From Balanoglossus misakiensis (lineage: Eukaryota > Animalia > Hemichordata): a stretch of 64,000 bases of DNA. Positions 1 through 14,516 of this stretch are shown piece after piece. Within the stretch, counting starts at the first letter, position 1. Each line of letters begins with the position of its first letter. The notes under the pieces are model-generated. The model was not told the DNA's origin. It saw nothing but the letters and a program-made list of their open reading frames with translations, and made no database searches. The position numbers and the translations under genes are program-made. Location of the stretch: the NCBI GenBank assembly GCA_040954595.2, contig CM082592.2, forward strand, positions 2,928,635 through 2,992,634, in the 5' to 3' direction.

Positions 1-85
1 ATAAACATAATTAATTAATGGAAAAAGAGCAGCAAGAAAGAGAGACTTTGTCCCTTTAATTCCAAAATGTGGTCATCAAACTCAC

Positions 86-3000
86 CTCTGAATAGTAAGT
101 CACATTGTCTTTACACACTGGCATGTCTTCTCCATTATTTCCACACAGACTTATGTTGAAGAGATGGAAATATCTCGTGCCTTTTGCAGTGAAACTTGGA
201 GTACTCATCACTGAATGAAATCTATAATGAAAATCAACACAATCTAAATTTTAGAATTGATTGTCAAAATTGAAACATCTCAAGACATTTAATCCAAACA
301 TTTGTTCATCAAATGCTTTTCACTATAATTATTCTTACCCTTTGAGAGATGTGAAGTCATAGATTACTTGTGTATCTGGCGATTTGTAATGACAATCACT
401 ATAACACGTCGTATGTTCATGACTGCGAGTTCCTGGCCCACATTCCAGACATGCCTCCTTCCCGTATGGATTGTTTGCACGGATATATGTACCTGAAATG
501 AACCATTTTCCCATCATGTAAATAAAAGAGATTATTGCATATGTACTACAGTATTCCAAGCGGGCCGTGCAATAATAATTCTGGTATTTTTGCGAGCTCA
601 TATGCAAATGAGCATCCAGAAGAATAAGATCCCCCATTTCCCCTTCAATCGATCGTATCTTTCAAAGTTTAACCCTCGTTCTGTTACACAATCACTTGGA
701 GTTCATATAAACCTCCGGAGGATATAACAAAACTTTTATTTTAGTCGCAAAAAAAGCCGATTGTTGTTTTAGTTGTGCGCGTGACAAAGTGGTATTTTTC
801 ACAACCCATATGCAAATGAGTAAAAACAAGCCGGACTACGTTTTGTTTGTAAACATTGAATGCCGTCGGCAGAGCTGGAGTATGATCGCCGAAACGTGGG
901 GAATTTTCAACATTCGGAGACGTCATTGTCTTATCCTTCCCAAATTTTGTCAGAATAACAAAACATTAACTGGCAGTATGTTTGGGAACCTCGGAATATC
1001 CCTCGCTATCGCCAGTTTCTCAAATATTGCCGATGCTATCTTGCGACCTGAGCTAAACCACCGATGAAATGAGCCAACATTATCGCCGAAACATGCGGAT
1101 TTTTCAACATTCTGGCACGTTGTTTTATTATCCTTCCCAACTATCGTCAGAATAACAGAACATTTAGTTGTCAGTGTGTTTTGGAACCTCGAAAATTACG
1201 AAAATCTCTCGCTATCGCCAGTGTTTCAAAATTTATCGCTGCGTTCTCACGACCTCAGGTAACCCACTGTTGGAATGACCCCACATGACCCTTCTTTGCA
1301 TAACAAAGGTTGCGTCATTTTGGCCAATGAGCGGCCTTCTCTGGGTTGCATAGCCTTTGGCGCATCACTGTAATGAAGATCAATACGTCACGATCGAAAC
1401 TTTGATTTTCGTCAAATCTGGGGAAACATATGCAATAATAACAGAACTTCATGACCTCTGCGCGCGATCTGTGCAATATGGATTTTATTTTCACTCGTGA
1501 GAAGGTGTATTCTTCTGCATTTTTACTCGCTATCGCTCGTAAAAATACTCGGAAGAATACACCTTCTCACTCATGAAAATAAAATCCATATTGCACAGAT
1601 CGCGCGCAGAGGTCATGAAGTTCTGTCATAGTATGTAACATAAAACTATCAACGGTGCTGCATCTAGCATCAGTATTGACGGCAGACTCAAATACAACAT
1701 AATTTCACAATTATTACCATTTTTCTAAACAGTAAACACTGTTACTACAGAAGTATGAGTATGACCAGACTTCAAATCACATTTAGTTACATCTCCTGGA
1801 TATTTCATATTGATAAATATCCTTTCCAATAGACAGGACTTTTACATTCCACTCAAGATCATAGACCGTTTGTTTTTTCTCACATTTTTGGGTTGCTTTG
1901 GCACTGAGCCAAGTGTGATGTTTTTTTAAAGAATTAATTTGGATCAGTTCCTGGCACTGTTAGACTTATCCCCCCCCCTCCTCTCCCCCACCAGTTTTTG
2001 AACACACCCTGAAAACCAGTTGTTGGAAGTATCATATTAGACAGTGCATGTACTTACCATCTGGGCAAGGCTGACAAGAGTTGTGTTCATCTATATAGTG
2101 TCCATTTGGGCAAGGAATACAACTATGAAAAAAAAAAAAAGTTTGGCAAGAGATACATAAGAGAAGAATCTATACTGGTATACAAAGGGCAAATATAGGT
2201 GAACAAATAGCCTAAAAAGAAGAGTAGAAGTTACACAGCATCATTGACAGATTATATGTAAGTACAGGTATGGGTTCAGGAAGGAAACTTTTTATTTTCA
2301 TTCTTACCCTTTCACATTGTTTCCTCTGGGACAGGCTTTACAATGAGATGCTCCGCCATCCACAGTATTGGTTATGTTAATCAGATAAATTTTCGCCCTG
2401 TATTAGTGTACACAGAGACAACATCAGTAAGTCAATAAAAATAAATATTCAGGCTTTTTGACAAACTGAGAAGGTATACACATTCATCTGTCCAAACTTG
2501 GATGTTTCAGACTGATAATAACTTAGGCGATGGTGGGCAGTTTGTATGAAGACTGTTCATGTGATACATATATACATGTAATGCCATGATATCTTTCTTT
2601 GTTTAACATCATTCTGCTTTTCGCGGAGACGCACAACTTCTACGTCTCGAAGTTGCATGGCTCCTAGAAATGCACTCGCAATATGTAATGACACAACTGA
2701 TGCAGCAACAGTGTTATGCACATGTCTTTCAGCCATGAAGAGATGAGAGTATTGGACTTACATGTCAGTGGTTTTTTCAGATTCCCTCCGAGTGAAAGAG
2801 TCATCATCCACTTTCTGGAAAGCCCAAGTGAATGTTCTCGGTCCAGACTTGGTAACATCATAACTTTATTCAACATGCAAAAAAAAAACAACAACTGGGA
2901 ATTAGTTTCAGTTTTTCTCAAAAAATTGTGGTTTTAGAGGTGATGTCATTCTTGGTGGCAAAGAAGGTACATGCATCAGATAATTTAGAAGAAAAAAACC

Positions 3001-6000
3001 TGGTGTCAGTTCGTGATAATTGATATTCTGAAAGCAGAAGTATTGATGAATGGGTAGAGAATTTAGGTTTGTTGGCCTCATGAACATGCGTCTAATAATT
3101 CAAAAAAGGTCATAGAATACAATTGTACAATACATGTACAATTAATTTTTTTTCTCTAAGAAAAGACACGAAATTTTCATGACAGGAATTTTTTGCGATA
3201 TCAACAGAGGCGACTATTCTGAAACGATTAATTTACGCGTTCTCTTTATCTCCAAATAACATTCTATTGCACACAATGTTCTTTCGTGTTGACTATTTAT
3301 TTTCACGTTTTTTGGCTCTCGCGCAGTTCGCGAAAATTTATCATTCGCAAAAATTTTCCGTTTTACAGTATCCCTGCGTTTTACCTGTATTGTTGCTTTT
3401 CTGTTGATCCTTCCCAACTTTCGATCACATCGGACGAACGGCTATCCTCTTCCATGAAGTAAAAGCCACATTCACTACTACACTGCAACTCAAAGATGAA
3501 GGAGACCTGGCCCACTTCTCCCGGTTTGCCATTGAAGACTCCCGATGCACTACGGAATCCATCAGTATGTAGAGACAGAATAAGGTAGGCTTCATCTGAA
3601 TGACCTTGACCTGAATGAATGTGATCGCTGCCCAGCTGCCATCCATCTTCGGATGCACATCCATAGTCTGGAACAAAACAAAACAACAAAATCGTCCAAT
3701 ATGATGTCATTCTAATTTTTTCCTCAAAAAACAAACAAATTCACCTTGCATGTTTTATAAGCCAATTAGATTACACAAAACAAGTGACAGTGGTAATGTT
3801 ATCCCATCTTTTAATGAACTGATGACACACCCCCACACCACACCACACTCCCCCCCCCCCCACACACACACTGTATTAACCTATTATCTTATATAAATTC
3901 CATATCAGCTCTGTAAGTTAACCCTCCTATTTTCCTTTTTATGTCTAAATTCTGATTTATACATCATGTAATTTGCAAAGTTTTTGGCAAGGAAATGCAT
4001 GACCATCACATCATTACCACTGTCTACACTTGTCTCCTTTTAAAATTCGTGCACACTTACCTGCATTACAGTAACAGCATTTATCAAAATGGAGGATAAA
4101 CACGGACATTGAAACAAAACATTGACAAAACCTCTCACAAAACGTTACTAGATACATGTACACATAAGACATACATGTAATTCACACAATAGAAGAGGAC
4201 TAGAAAGTATAGAATGATTTACCTGACATACTGAGGCAGGAAGTTTCCATATTAGAAGGCATTGAATGCCACCATGTAAATTCCATACCGTACACAGGAG
4301 CAGTAGATCCTGGACATGGCTGGCATTCTGAAATGGCAAAAACAATTCATGCTATTCACAATCTTTCTCTAATGTTGATTAAGTGTTGCTTTCAATTCAA
4401 CAAATTTGTCGACAGTTGTACAACAAATGCATGATGCAGTATGTTTGCCGTCAAATTTAAAATTAAAAAAAAAATATATTGACAAAACAAAATAAATCAC
4501 TGACCTTGAGTGCCATCCGAATAATGATTCTCGGGACAGAACGTGCATTGTGAATTGTTGTAGAAACTCATTCCTGGGTTACATGGTGGACAATCTTGAC
4601 TTTCACTTTGTTCCCGCAATTGAGCTGCTCCTTGTACATCACTACGACATATTTTGGGTTCTATCCATTTGTACATCAAATATGTCTGTAAGGTATTAAA
4701 AATAAAATATTTAAGATTGTTAGATTTTTCTTCGCATTGAAGTATTAATCCCTTTGACTACCTTGAGTACCCCCAAAAAACCCTGACTTTACAACAAGAA
4801 GTTATATACATGTACCTTGAATGCTGTAAATAAATGTCATAAACTAAACTGGAATCTATGGTTTCTCTGGTATAAATGACTAAATAGTTATGGCAGTCAA
4901 GGGGTTGAAGTTGGTCAGTGAAATTTAAACAGCATAATGACGTTTCTAAAAATGAACAGAGAAATTGCATCCCGTGGACCACTTCGCGGATAGGGTATCC
5001 GCAATGCATGATGGTATTATTAGCGTTCAACATGGCGGCTAGTACATGGCTAACGGACACAATCAGAACGCAAACTGCCCCACAACCCCCTGCGTTATTC
5101 TATCCACGAAGTGGTCTATTCTGAGCTCTGTATATTGTAATAACAAAGAGCAAATCCTAACTTACAGATAATGCAATCTCTCCTTTGTTGATTGCACACA
5201 TTAAATGTCAAGTATTTATAGCAGTACATGTACATTGAATGCACTCTATATGTACAGAGTGTGGGTAGATATATGCTCAGTGTAGGTATATATAGTAAAA
5301 CAATGCAAAATGCTGGCAGTCTTCACATATTCTCAGCAGATTCTCGCATCTCTTTCACATACATTGTACTTGTAGTTAAAGTATCATGGACGCGAGGGCA
5401 CAGAATTGAGCCAATGTTTGACAATAGGACTTGTGAAGTGCTAGCATTTAACTGCTTGCACTCATGCTGAAGATGTCAGCAGAGTGGGACAAAGTGTTGA
5501 GGAATATCTTGCAACAACGGTATGAAAAGACAACTAGCAAAGTTGTACAAAAAGTTTTGGTGTATTCATACAGTAGTTCTGATAAATGGGAAACACAACA
5601 TGTTTTGATGAACCAGACAGAAATAACTTTAGAGGGAACAAAATAAATAATAAATAGTTATAGTCTCTATTTAATTTGCCACCTGTATTATTAGTGCAAA
5701 CATTCAATCAACATGGCTGAAACAAATGTTGGTTTTGATAAAAAATATTTATCGAATGTAATCTGCTGACCTTCTTGTTCTCATCACATGGAGCATGTGT
5801 TTCAAAATAATCGCTGGCTGTACATGGTTTTCTATCGGTGCAAGTACCAGATCCTGGCACTGTGAAAGAGAATTCAAAGAAACATTTGATCAAAAACAGA
5901 ACTAGCAAAAATTTGCTTCCACTTTGAATTACCTCCATGCATGCAATAATACATCAAAATTAAAGCTCCATTAGCTGTAACTTTTTGTTATGTTTTCAGT

Positions 6001-9000
6001 GCTTTTGTTTTGTGTATCTACTGGATTTTCTTGTTTAGATTCTTGCATGATGAAATGCCCAGTATCAAGCTTAATTAAACACAAACCCATAAGTATACAT
6101 TTGTACATGTATAGTCAGCATTGTAATTGTGCAAAATTTGTATTCTTGTCCAGACTGGAATTCAACAATAAAAATGGCAATTACATATACAGTATATGTT
6201 GACAAACAGAGTACTGGTTATAAGCATGCTGTTTTGTATTAGAACAAGAAATTGTATTTGATACACAGTGCAAAAATACTGAAAAATAAAGCCAAAAGTT
6301 TCAGCTAATGTCCCTTTAATCTTAATTCTTTCCCAGGATATGAAATGGTTCACCCCTTATAATGGACTGGAAATAGCCTTTGTCCATGGTTGGGAAAGAT
6401 CATCTTGATTTAGGTTGCCAGCTAAATATACTGGTACATGTAAATATGACATCAAACCAGGCCCTATTATTATTTAGCAAAAGGGAAATGACATCAAAAC
6501 TCAAGTACATGTAGTTACGGATGTTGTTCACTTACTTGAGTATTGAGTATCAAGACATTTGGTACACTCGCTTGCACCTGCTTCAGAAAATGTGTCAGCA
6601 TCACAATCCTCGCAGCTAAAATGACAAACAAATTGACAATGATGTAACGATGTACGGTATTCAAGTTGATTATCCTTAATGACTTTTAAAAAAGTTCAGG
6701 ATTGTCTGAGCAAGGGATTTGGGATGTGAAAAAAATGACCACTAGGTGATCTACATTTGATTGCATCAGGACATGAATGATATACATTAGTACATAATCA
6801 TTCTCTCTTTACTTGAAGTGGGTTTGAATGAAATAAGTGAAGGTACATGTGTAGGATGGAGACTGGGGAAGGCGGTCATGGGATAGATGGATGGATGAAT
6901 AGGACTTTGTCAACAGAGATTAGTCTATAAATTGTATTGAGACTGTCTTTGCAACTGGCCAAGTAAATACTGCATATTTGACCTATGAACTTTAGAATAT
7001 AGATGGGTATGATTACAAATAAATGTATATCCAAACAATGTATTTGATGGATGCAAATTCAAAACATTTAACTTTAATCACTTACAATCTAGATCCTTCG
7101 TCTCTGGCAAATGTTCCAGGTGGACATTTTGTACATTCTGACGTATACGCCAAACCCATGACTTCAATTTCTTTTATCAAGACAGGCTTTGTCTTCTTCT
7201 TCTTAGATCCATAATCATCAATGTTCAGACCCATAGTCTTCCAGTAGATCACATTTAAACCTGATTTCAAGTTCATCTTTTGAAATATAAATGAATTTTA
7301 TTAAAATAGGTGAATAATATAAATCAGGACATACAAAAAGCATGTACGATGAAATGGAACACTTGTATACATGTAGGTGCCTGAGTCACATTTTTTGTCC
7401 GCTTGGACATACCGACACACCAGCAACATATAATAAGGTTTAATGACCAAGGGAAATTGCTTATTTAGCATATACAATATAATTATAAAGGACAACATCA
7501 ATATTAGAAATTTCAAACATGCGAAACAATCTGATAAACATTTACAGAAAAGTTAATCACCTCATTTGAGTGGTGAAAGAACACATGGTGGTGAAAAACT
7601 GTTGAAAACTCTGGGACCAACATAGTAAACATGTAAATGTATGGTGAACATATGTAGATACATTTGTACCATGTACATGTACATCATGTCACTGTGATAC
7701 AAGAATTATATACACAACTGAAATGTCCATGGACCAAATGTAATCAGAAGATTTTTTTTCAACACTTACATTTATAGTTTTCCATTCTCCTTCCCCAGTG
7801 GTTGCAGGCCATCTGTTGACGTTGCTATCTCTCAATGTCTGGCATTGATCATTTTGGGCCTGTAATTAATAAAAGAAATAGTTCCATTAATTTGTCTAAT
7901 TGTTGGCTGTCCGCATTTAAAGTTTTTTTGCATGGACCATATGTTTGCTTGTCTCTTGACTATGATTGATGTGTAGTTTGTGTCAATGTAAAAAGCTGGA
8001 AATCCATGCTACTACTGTAAAACAGGTTATTTTCGCGACAGGACATTTCCACGATATCAAAAGAGGCAACTGTCATGTGAGGATTAATTTTTCGCGTTCT
8101 CTTATTTCATTTACTGCACTGTTATCTCCGAAAAACATTTAAGGCGACTTTATATTTTCATGTTTTTTTTGGCTCTTGCGTATTTCGTGAAAATTTATGG
8201 CTCGCGAAAAAAACATGTTATACAGTATCTTGCTTTGTTATGAATGCTGTTCTGTTTACATTGATTTATTTAGCTTTGGTGACAATGGTCAATGTCTTGG
8301 CTAGTCCATCAAGCTCCATAATGAGGATTTGGCTCATCCAACAAATTTCAAAATAAATGCTAGCAATAAAACAGACTGAAATTCCATAGGGGATCATCAT
8401 GGTGGCATGGCAAATAAAGTAACAGTGTCTATAATATTTTTCAGCAAGATATGTAAAATTAAGAAAGTGATTAATGTGCGGGTTGCGGGTTGCGGGCTGC
8501 GGGTTGACAATGAATAAAAATAAAATCAGAATAAAAATCGCAGCGATGATCGAATGCATCTCTGTGTCACGTTTTGGTTGTGAAATGATCTGATATAATG
8601 CTGATATGTTCGGATCGACATGGTTTCCATGCAGGGGCTGATAACTCCCACAGACAGCTAGCTGCGGGCAAACCCCATTCTATATCGTGTAGTTGCAACG
8701 ACCCGACTTGTGTAGGAACATTTGAACGGCAACAGAAAGCAAAGTGAGCGTAATTCAATAAAACGACCTATACAAGCCTGAACTCTGATTATTTCTGGTC
8801 CCAAAACTCCTTTCGTGAAAAACTCACTGGACTCAGTGTTTACGTATTTCAGCGAGTACTACCGCTGGAAGTGACTGGGATTATGGCCGATTAATTTATG
8901 CTAATGAGGCCGCGCACACAGTAGTGAGTGTGAGGGTCAAAGTCCGCTGCCGGAGTTGTGGCGCAAATCGCGTAAATTGAACTTCTGGGAGGCAATCATT

Positions 9001-12000
9001 TGATCGTTTCTGTTGACATATAATATTATTACTCTTTCATTATCAAAACACAACCATATTTTACGACCCGCAATCGGCGGCCCAGCAACCCGCAACCCGC
9101 AACCCGCAGCCCGCAACCCGCAATTTAACGCTTCCCTAAAATTAAGTGTCATTATAGATAAACATATTTGTCTAAAATGAAATTTGGCAGAAATCTTCAC
9201 AGAATTTACAAACGTCCCTTAATGTTATAACACTTTGTTTTTAAACTATTTCTTTTCAAATATACACTTAGCAGAGAAGGATCTAGCCAGCATACAAGTA
9301 CAGTACATCATGTACTTACATATACATGAAATATTGTATTATCATCTGAATATTGGTATGTGAATGTGACAGCTCCAGCTTTCTTTAAGTTTGCTGTGTA
9401 GACTAGAGTTGTGGCACAGTCATCACCGGCTGAAGCTATAAATCTCCCCATTGGATGCCAACTTGATCTGTTGAATAAACAGAAGGTAAATCATTCAATA
9501 CCAACAAGTTGCCAGTACTCCCATCAACCTGGACAAAACCCTGAGTGTTTCTCACATTTCTCATTATTTCTGGGAATAATGGTACATGATGTAGTTTTTA
9601 GTGACTTGTGTACATCATGAACGTTCCTATGTTATCACCAAATGTTAACTCATGTTAACCTTTTGCGGCGTACATTGTGATTGACAGCTATGAATGCTGG
9701 TATGGCTGTTCACTATTTGAATGCGTCGAATGCAAAATTTGCTGAACATTTGGCTTGGACGTAATGTTTTTACACACGTAATTATGCACATGCACATCAG
9801 ATGATTATCAGGCTTTAATTGACCAGTTTTCGGGATGAATAAAGATTATTGAATTGAATTGAGACTGGATGTCCAGCACTGATGGTAGAGTTTGATGAAA
9901 CTCAAGTGTTGTTCGTGGAAGTTATGTTAAAATTCTCAAATTGTCCTCCCAATACTATAAAATACAATGTACATGTACATGTAGTATTATCCTACTTACA
10001 TGTACATGTACAGTCAATAAACTTACTTGAACAAATTTAATCTCAGCATCTGAGAGAATTATTTGGCTGAATAGAGAATAATGGTACAATACGTGATGTA
10101 GTTTCATAACAAAACTTACTCATTGCAGTTACTAGAACTCTTTCTCCATGAATCCTCTATTGTTTCTGAGAGTAGTGAAAACCCAGCTGGCAGTTCAGTC
10201 CAATCCTCATAACGCACACCTCCTCCCATAGAATAGGTTCCAGTCGGACATTTGTGGCACTGCAGGTCTTTAACCCCGTCTTCATCCATATACAAAAACT
10301 CACCAGCACCACATGAAAATCCTACATTTAATAAGGACCATGAATAGTAGAGACATTTTCACTTTGGGATAGTTTCAAGGGTGTCAAATGACATCCTGTT
10401 TTATTTGAAGGGGATAGTACAGTCAAACCTGTGTTAGTGACCACCTCTATATACCGGTACATGTAATGACCACCTGTGTATAGTGGCCACCATATAACAG
10501 TCCCTGTGCAACTTACATACATGTACATGTGCATTAATTGACCTGTCTGTAAAGACCACCTGTCTATAAAGGCCAGTTTAGGAAAGTCCCTTGACTGGCC
10601 ACTATAGACAGGTTTGACTGTATCAGAAAAAGGGGCAAAAGACCAGTTTAATAGTCCAGGTGAAATATCTTTACTATATTTACTAATTTAAACATGTACG
10701 TGTGTAATTGTCTGTCACAAAAATGAGGTTTTAGAAAAAAATGTGAAAACATAATGAAATTGGGCATGTAGTTTAGATACTGCCAATAAATGTGCACACA
10801 CTGAATCATCTGACAGTGCTGGGTGACAGTGTGCCCTCTAAGTCCATATGAAGCGCCACTGACTCAACAAACTCACTGGTGACTCAAAAAAAATATCCAC
10901 AATACATTTACATGTACGTCATGTAAAGGTATAGGGTCTCCTCAGAGAAAATTGTAGAAATCCTCATATGACTCAAAGTCAAAGCTTTTAAGGTGGCATT
11001 GCATGAAAACTTGTGATTTTTGCCAAATTTTACTTTTTTACATAAATCGGTAGGCCTAATACTGACCCACATCCTGACTAATACGCCTTGGCGGAAATGG
11101 TGCATAATCACCCAAAAATAGCACTTTTCTGAATGAGTTCACAGCTTAACAAATAGGTGTCAACAATGCAAATGGCCGTTTTTCTCAGTTTGCATTTTTG
11201 CTGCTCTTGACAACTTCAGACGAAAATAGCTTCGCTCTGCGTTGGCCGAATTTGCTCAAATTTTAACTGGGGATTGTGTATGACCCATCCAACAAAACGG
11301 TATTTTGTTAGTCGATAAAGTGTCCCTGGCGGGAATAAACTCTGATTCAATACAACTCACCGTGAATTTGATCAAATTTTACTAAAAATCTAACTTTCAA
11401 ACGCTGTTACTCCTCAATGGAAGCAGATAACGCAAAACAAAATTACCGTTTTTTTACACGTGTACTCTAGTTTCGAATGACATATTAAGATGCATGATGC
11501 ATGGTCAACTTTTTTACCTATTTTAAATTTAATGACATAATATCAAAAAATGGGTTTTTCACCCAAAATCGCCACCATTTCCGGGGATCAATAATATTTG
11601 CAACTCAAACAAAAGTTCAAAAACTCAGCTTCCAGAATATATATGGTTTATGGGGGTTTTAACGTTGTCTTTGAAGAGAAATAGGCCTCTGAAAAAGTCT
11701 TGACGGTTTCATGCAATGCCACCTTAAACATTTTGTTTGTTAGAGGGCACACTGGCTGGAGATATCATACATGTATTGTTAAGTACTTCCCTTGTTTTTT
11801 GAGTGATGCAATCAGTATTGGACTGATGTGATTGCTTCACTAGACTCGAGTTTGATCAGCATGAGTCAGTTCATTTATTGTAAGCAAATACATATAAGCA
11901 AACCAAGGTCAAACAGTGATAACTTGTACAATGTACACTACATGTACATGTACATTTACATTGCAATCCACCTTGATATGTAGTAAAAACATGTCTAAAC

Positions 12001-13955
12001 ATAAAACTGAACCCTGTCTACATGTACAGTAATCTGGAAACCTGTCTATACAATGTACTGAACACCTTCTCCAGTCACTTCGACATACATGTAGAAGCAT
12101 AGTAAAATAACCTCTATAAACCAGGCACCTCTGCAACCCGAACAGTTTCTTCAGTCCCTTTGATGTTCAGTTTAGACATGTTTTACTGTATAAATATTCA
12201 AGAATTGAACTTACCACAGTCTGGTGCTCTTTTCGGAGGAGGTGGTGCTCCACCAGTACAGCTTTCAGGTTCTGGAACTGATACACGCCACCTTACACCT
12301 GAACTATCGCATTCTGTCAGGGTATAGTGGAAGTCATCCTAAAAAGTAAAAAAAAAATATTCTTCATCAGATTTTGTCTGTACATGTAATCACTGACTGT
12401 TTACTAATTTTTTTTAGCTCCGATACATGTACATATCTTAGCACCACCAAGGTGGTACCATAAAGACTTTTTATCCTATGAGAAAATATTATTTTAAATC
12501 ATACATGTAATCTAGCATAAAGTCAAACCAGTGTTAGTGGCCACCTCTACATGTATACAGTCACTTTGTTACAGTCCCTGTGTAATAATATGTACATTAA
12601 TTGACCTGTCTATAAAGGCCACCTGTCTATAAAGGCCAGTTTAAGAAAGTCTTTTGACTGGCCACTCTAGACAGGTTTGACTGTAGTTCAACACTTTTGT
12701 TTACTGTCATTTGGTTTGTTATTAATCAGAGAAGGTACAATGCAGGAGCTGCATCCCCTCAGAAATTGATATCCATAATCATGTGTTATTTGAACCTGTA
12801 CATGTACACAAGCCCTAATTTGATTTAACATATTCAGAATGTAATTTCAAGCGATTCTGGGCATCCTAAATACTTTTATTTCACCATTCATGCACTAAAT
12901 AATGATCATCACTTTTCCTTAAAGCCACAGTCACTCTAACTTTTAGCTATTTTTCTGATCATTCAACTCTGGTTTGTTAATTGTTCTATGTTCAGTCCTC
13001 AGCTTCTCCACAAATGATGATTTAGGACTGTGATGAAAATCCAAACACCGGACAATTCTTTAGGTTTTACACAGCAGGACAAGAAACCATGGTTGATGCC
13101 CAAAACAAAAATACTAGAAAATGACACAAAATTGGCGTTACTGGGGCAAAGAGTAAATTTCGTTTTTTTTTTTTAATTTCTATCATGAATATTCAAATAT
13201 GAGTACAAAGGTCAGACACCTTTATGGTGTACATGTACTTGTAAAGTTGTATTCAAATGTAAAACACGAAATGGAATATTTTGTTCTGAACATATGTTCA
13301 CAAACTTTAACAGAAGATACATGTAATTTTCCCCAAAAAATTGGCAATTTTTTCCCAGAAAAAAACATGATGCTAAACTTAGATTGAGCAGACATTTTCT
13401 AGCAGATCAACATGAGTCATCATCAGACAATGCATTTAAAGGTTGAGACCTGCTACTACAAATGTACACAACAACCATTGCTGTAGCTGAACAATATGAT
13501 TGATGGAGAATGCATCTTTTGGTTAAAAGGAGCCATTTTATACATGTATGTGGGTGGGAATGATGTGTACGTACATGTATTACAATATACTTATATGTGT
13601 AAGCTAAAGTGAAGTTATAGTTGAACATCATCCATGTAGTCTACGTTCTGCGTATAAGAGTAACACATCTCCCTGCATGCACTGTACAACATGTGTACAC
13701 GTACATATGTATCGAAGCAGCTGTTGAGGTTTTTTCGAACATAGGAGATGGCGACAAATTATAATATTACACAGGAGTGACTTACAGTTGGTACTGATGC
13801 TGAAAAAAATATTAAAGATAAAAAATGCTACTTACAGGTTGGCAAGTGGGTAATGTTGGTGGCGTTCCCTTTGTGATAATTACATTGATGATGAGCACAG
13901 CCATAACCACCGGCAGGACTGCTGCGGTCAAACGACGACTCAAAGGCACAGTCAT
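86..13955 (-). CDS. ELAPOR1: Endosome/lysosome-associated apoptosis and autophagy regulator (ELAPOR/KIAA1324/EIG121) family protein; 5' 16 exons, truncated by the window edge
   Basis: Hand-spliced GT-AG exons with consistent phases: 13836-13955, 12215-12338, 10120-10321, 9320-9467, 7770-7859, 7086-7276, 6536-6615, 5771-5859, 4505-4685, 4223-4327, 3385-3667, 2762-2863, 2308-2397, 2058-2122, 339-492, 86-221. Signal-peptide-like N-terminus, then recognisable family motifs: [91 protein letters not shown]. Probably co-orthologous to ELAPOR1 and ELAPOR2. Confidence 0.93.
531..1626. mobile_element. Non-autonomous element with an inverted-repeat pair followed directly by a long terminal hairpin
   Basis: attattgcatatgt (531-544) and acatatgcaataat (1426-1439) form an inverted pair. 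A near-perfect palindrome follows at 1441-1626, and there is an internal ~200-bp degenerate direct duplication (~880-1270). CpG-rich relative to the flanks. Confidence 0.7.
5964..6315. mobile_element. TTAA-flanked TIR element
   Basis: ttaa|agctccattagctgtaactttt ... aaaagtttcagctaatgtccct|ttaa. A truncated copy starts at about 28197. Confidence 0.7.
8013..8227. mobile_element. Copy of the ~210-bp tactgta MITE
   Basis: Same termini and internal ttttcgcg motifs as 43834-44044. Confidence 0.8.
8460..9138. mobile_element. TIR element with (GCGGGTT)n subterminal heptamer repeats
   Basis: Left end gcgggttgcgggttgcgggctgcgggttg; right end caacccgcaacccgcaacccgcagcccgcaacccgc (inverted). Confidence 0.7.
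10418..10622. mobile_element. Tc1/pogo-like MITE (TA-CAGT termini)
   Basis: tacagtcaaacctgt ... acaggtttgactgta. A second copy at about 12520-12685 and a related one at about 12024-12191. Confidence 0.8.
10992..11723. mobile_element. TTAA-flanked TIR element (Kolobok-like, non-autonomous)
   Basis: ttaa|ggtggcattgcatgaaa ... tttcatgcaatgccacc|ttaa. Confidence 0.8.
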
Positions 13956-14212
13956 CACGCCAGAAGCCGCGAAAGCAAACTGTAGTCTTAATAGTCTCTG
14001 TGGACGATCGTTATGGTTGTGTCCTGGCGTGGAAAACTGCGGAAATTCTCGAATGCCAGTAAAAGACACAAACACAACCAGTGAATGAAACAAACAAGTG
14101 GTTCAGCGATATCGAAAAGTGTTGCGCTTGACTGAACAAAGAAGAGGGCGCTGTATACTGACCTCTGACCTAGAACGCCCTCTGTCGTCCTTTACGTGTA
14201 AGGCAGCCCGGT

Positions 14213-14226
14213 GTCGTCATGGTAAC
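14213..14226. promoter_or_regulatory. RFX X-box-like motif in the bidirectional ELAPOR/CFAP276 promoter
   Basis: GTCGTCATGGTAAC resembles the palindromic X-box consensus GTTGCCATGGCAAC. It lies about 300 bp upstream of the ATG of a ciliary gene. Confidence 0.7.
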
Positions 14227-14516
14227 AATCTGTTGCAGGAAGTAGTCAAACCTGGCCTCGATTTTCAGCTTTATTCAAACTTTCATGTGCCATAATGTAC
14301 TCTCATTGAGAAATGCATCGCGCACCCAAGACAAGGAAGGCTATTTACACGACAAATGAGATGGAGATGGGATGTGTGTTCTATTACCCATGATCCCCTG
14401 TACGTCGGTATCCACAACAAACTTTAGTTCTAAACAACCAGCAACTTCGGACGACACAGAGCTACTGACCTGTACCTTTTGAAACAACCTGTGTGAGAGA
14501 GACCACCGATTGCAAA

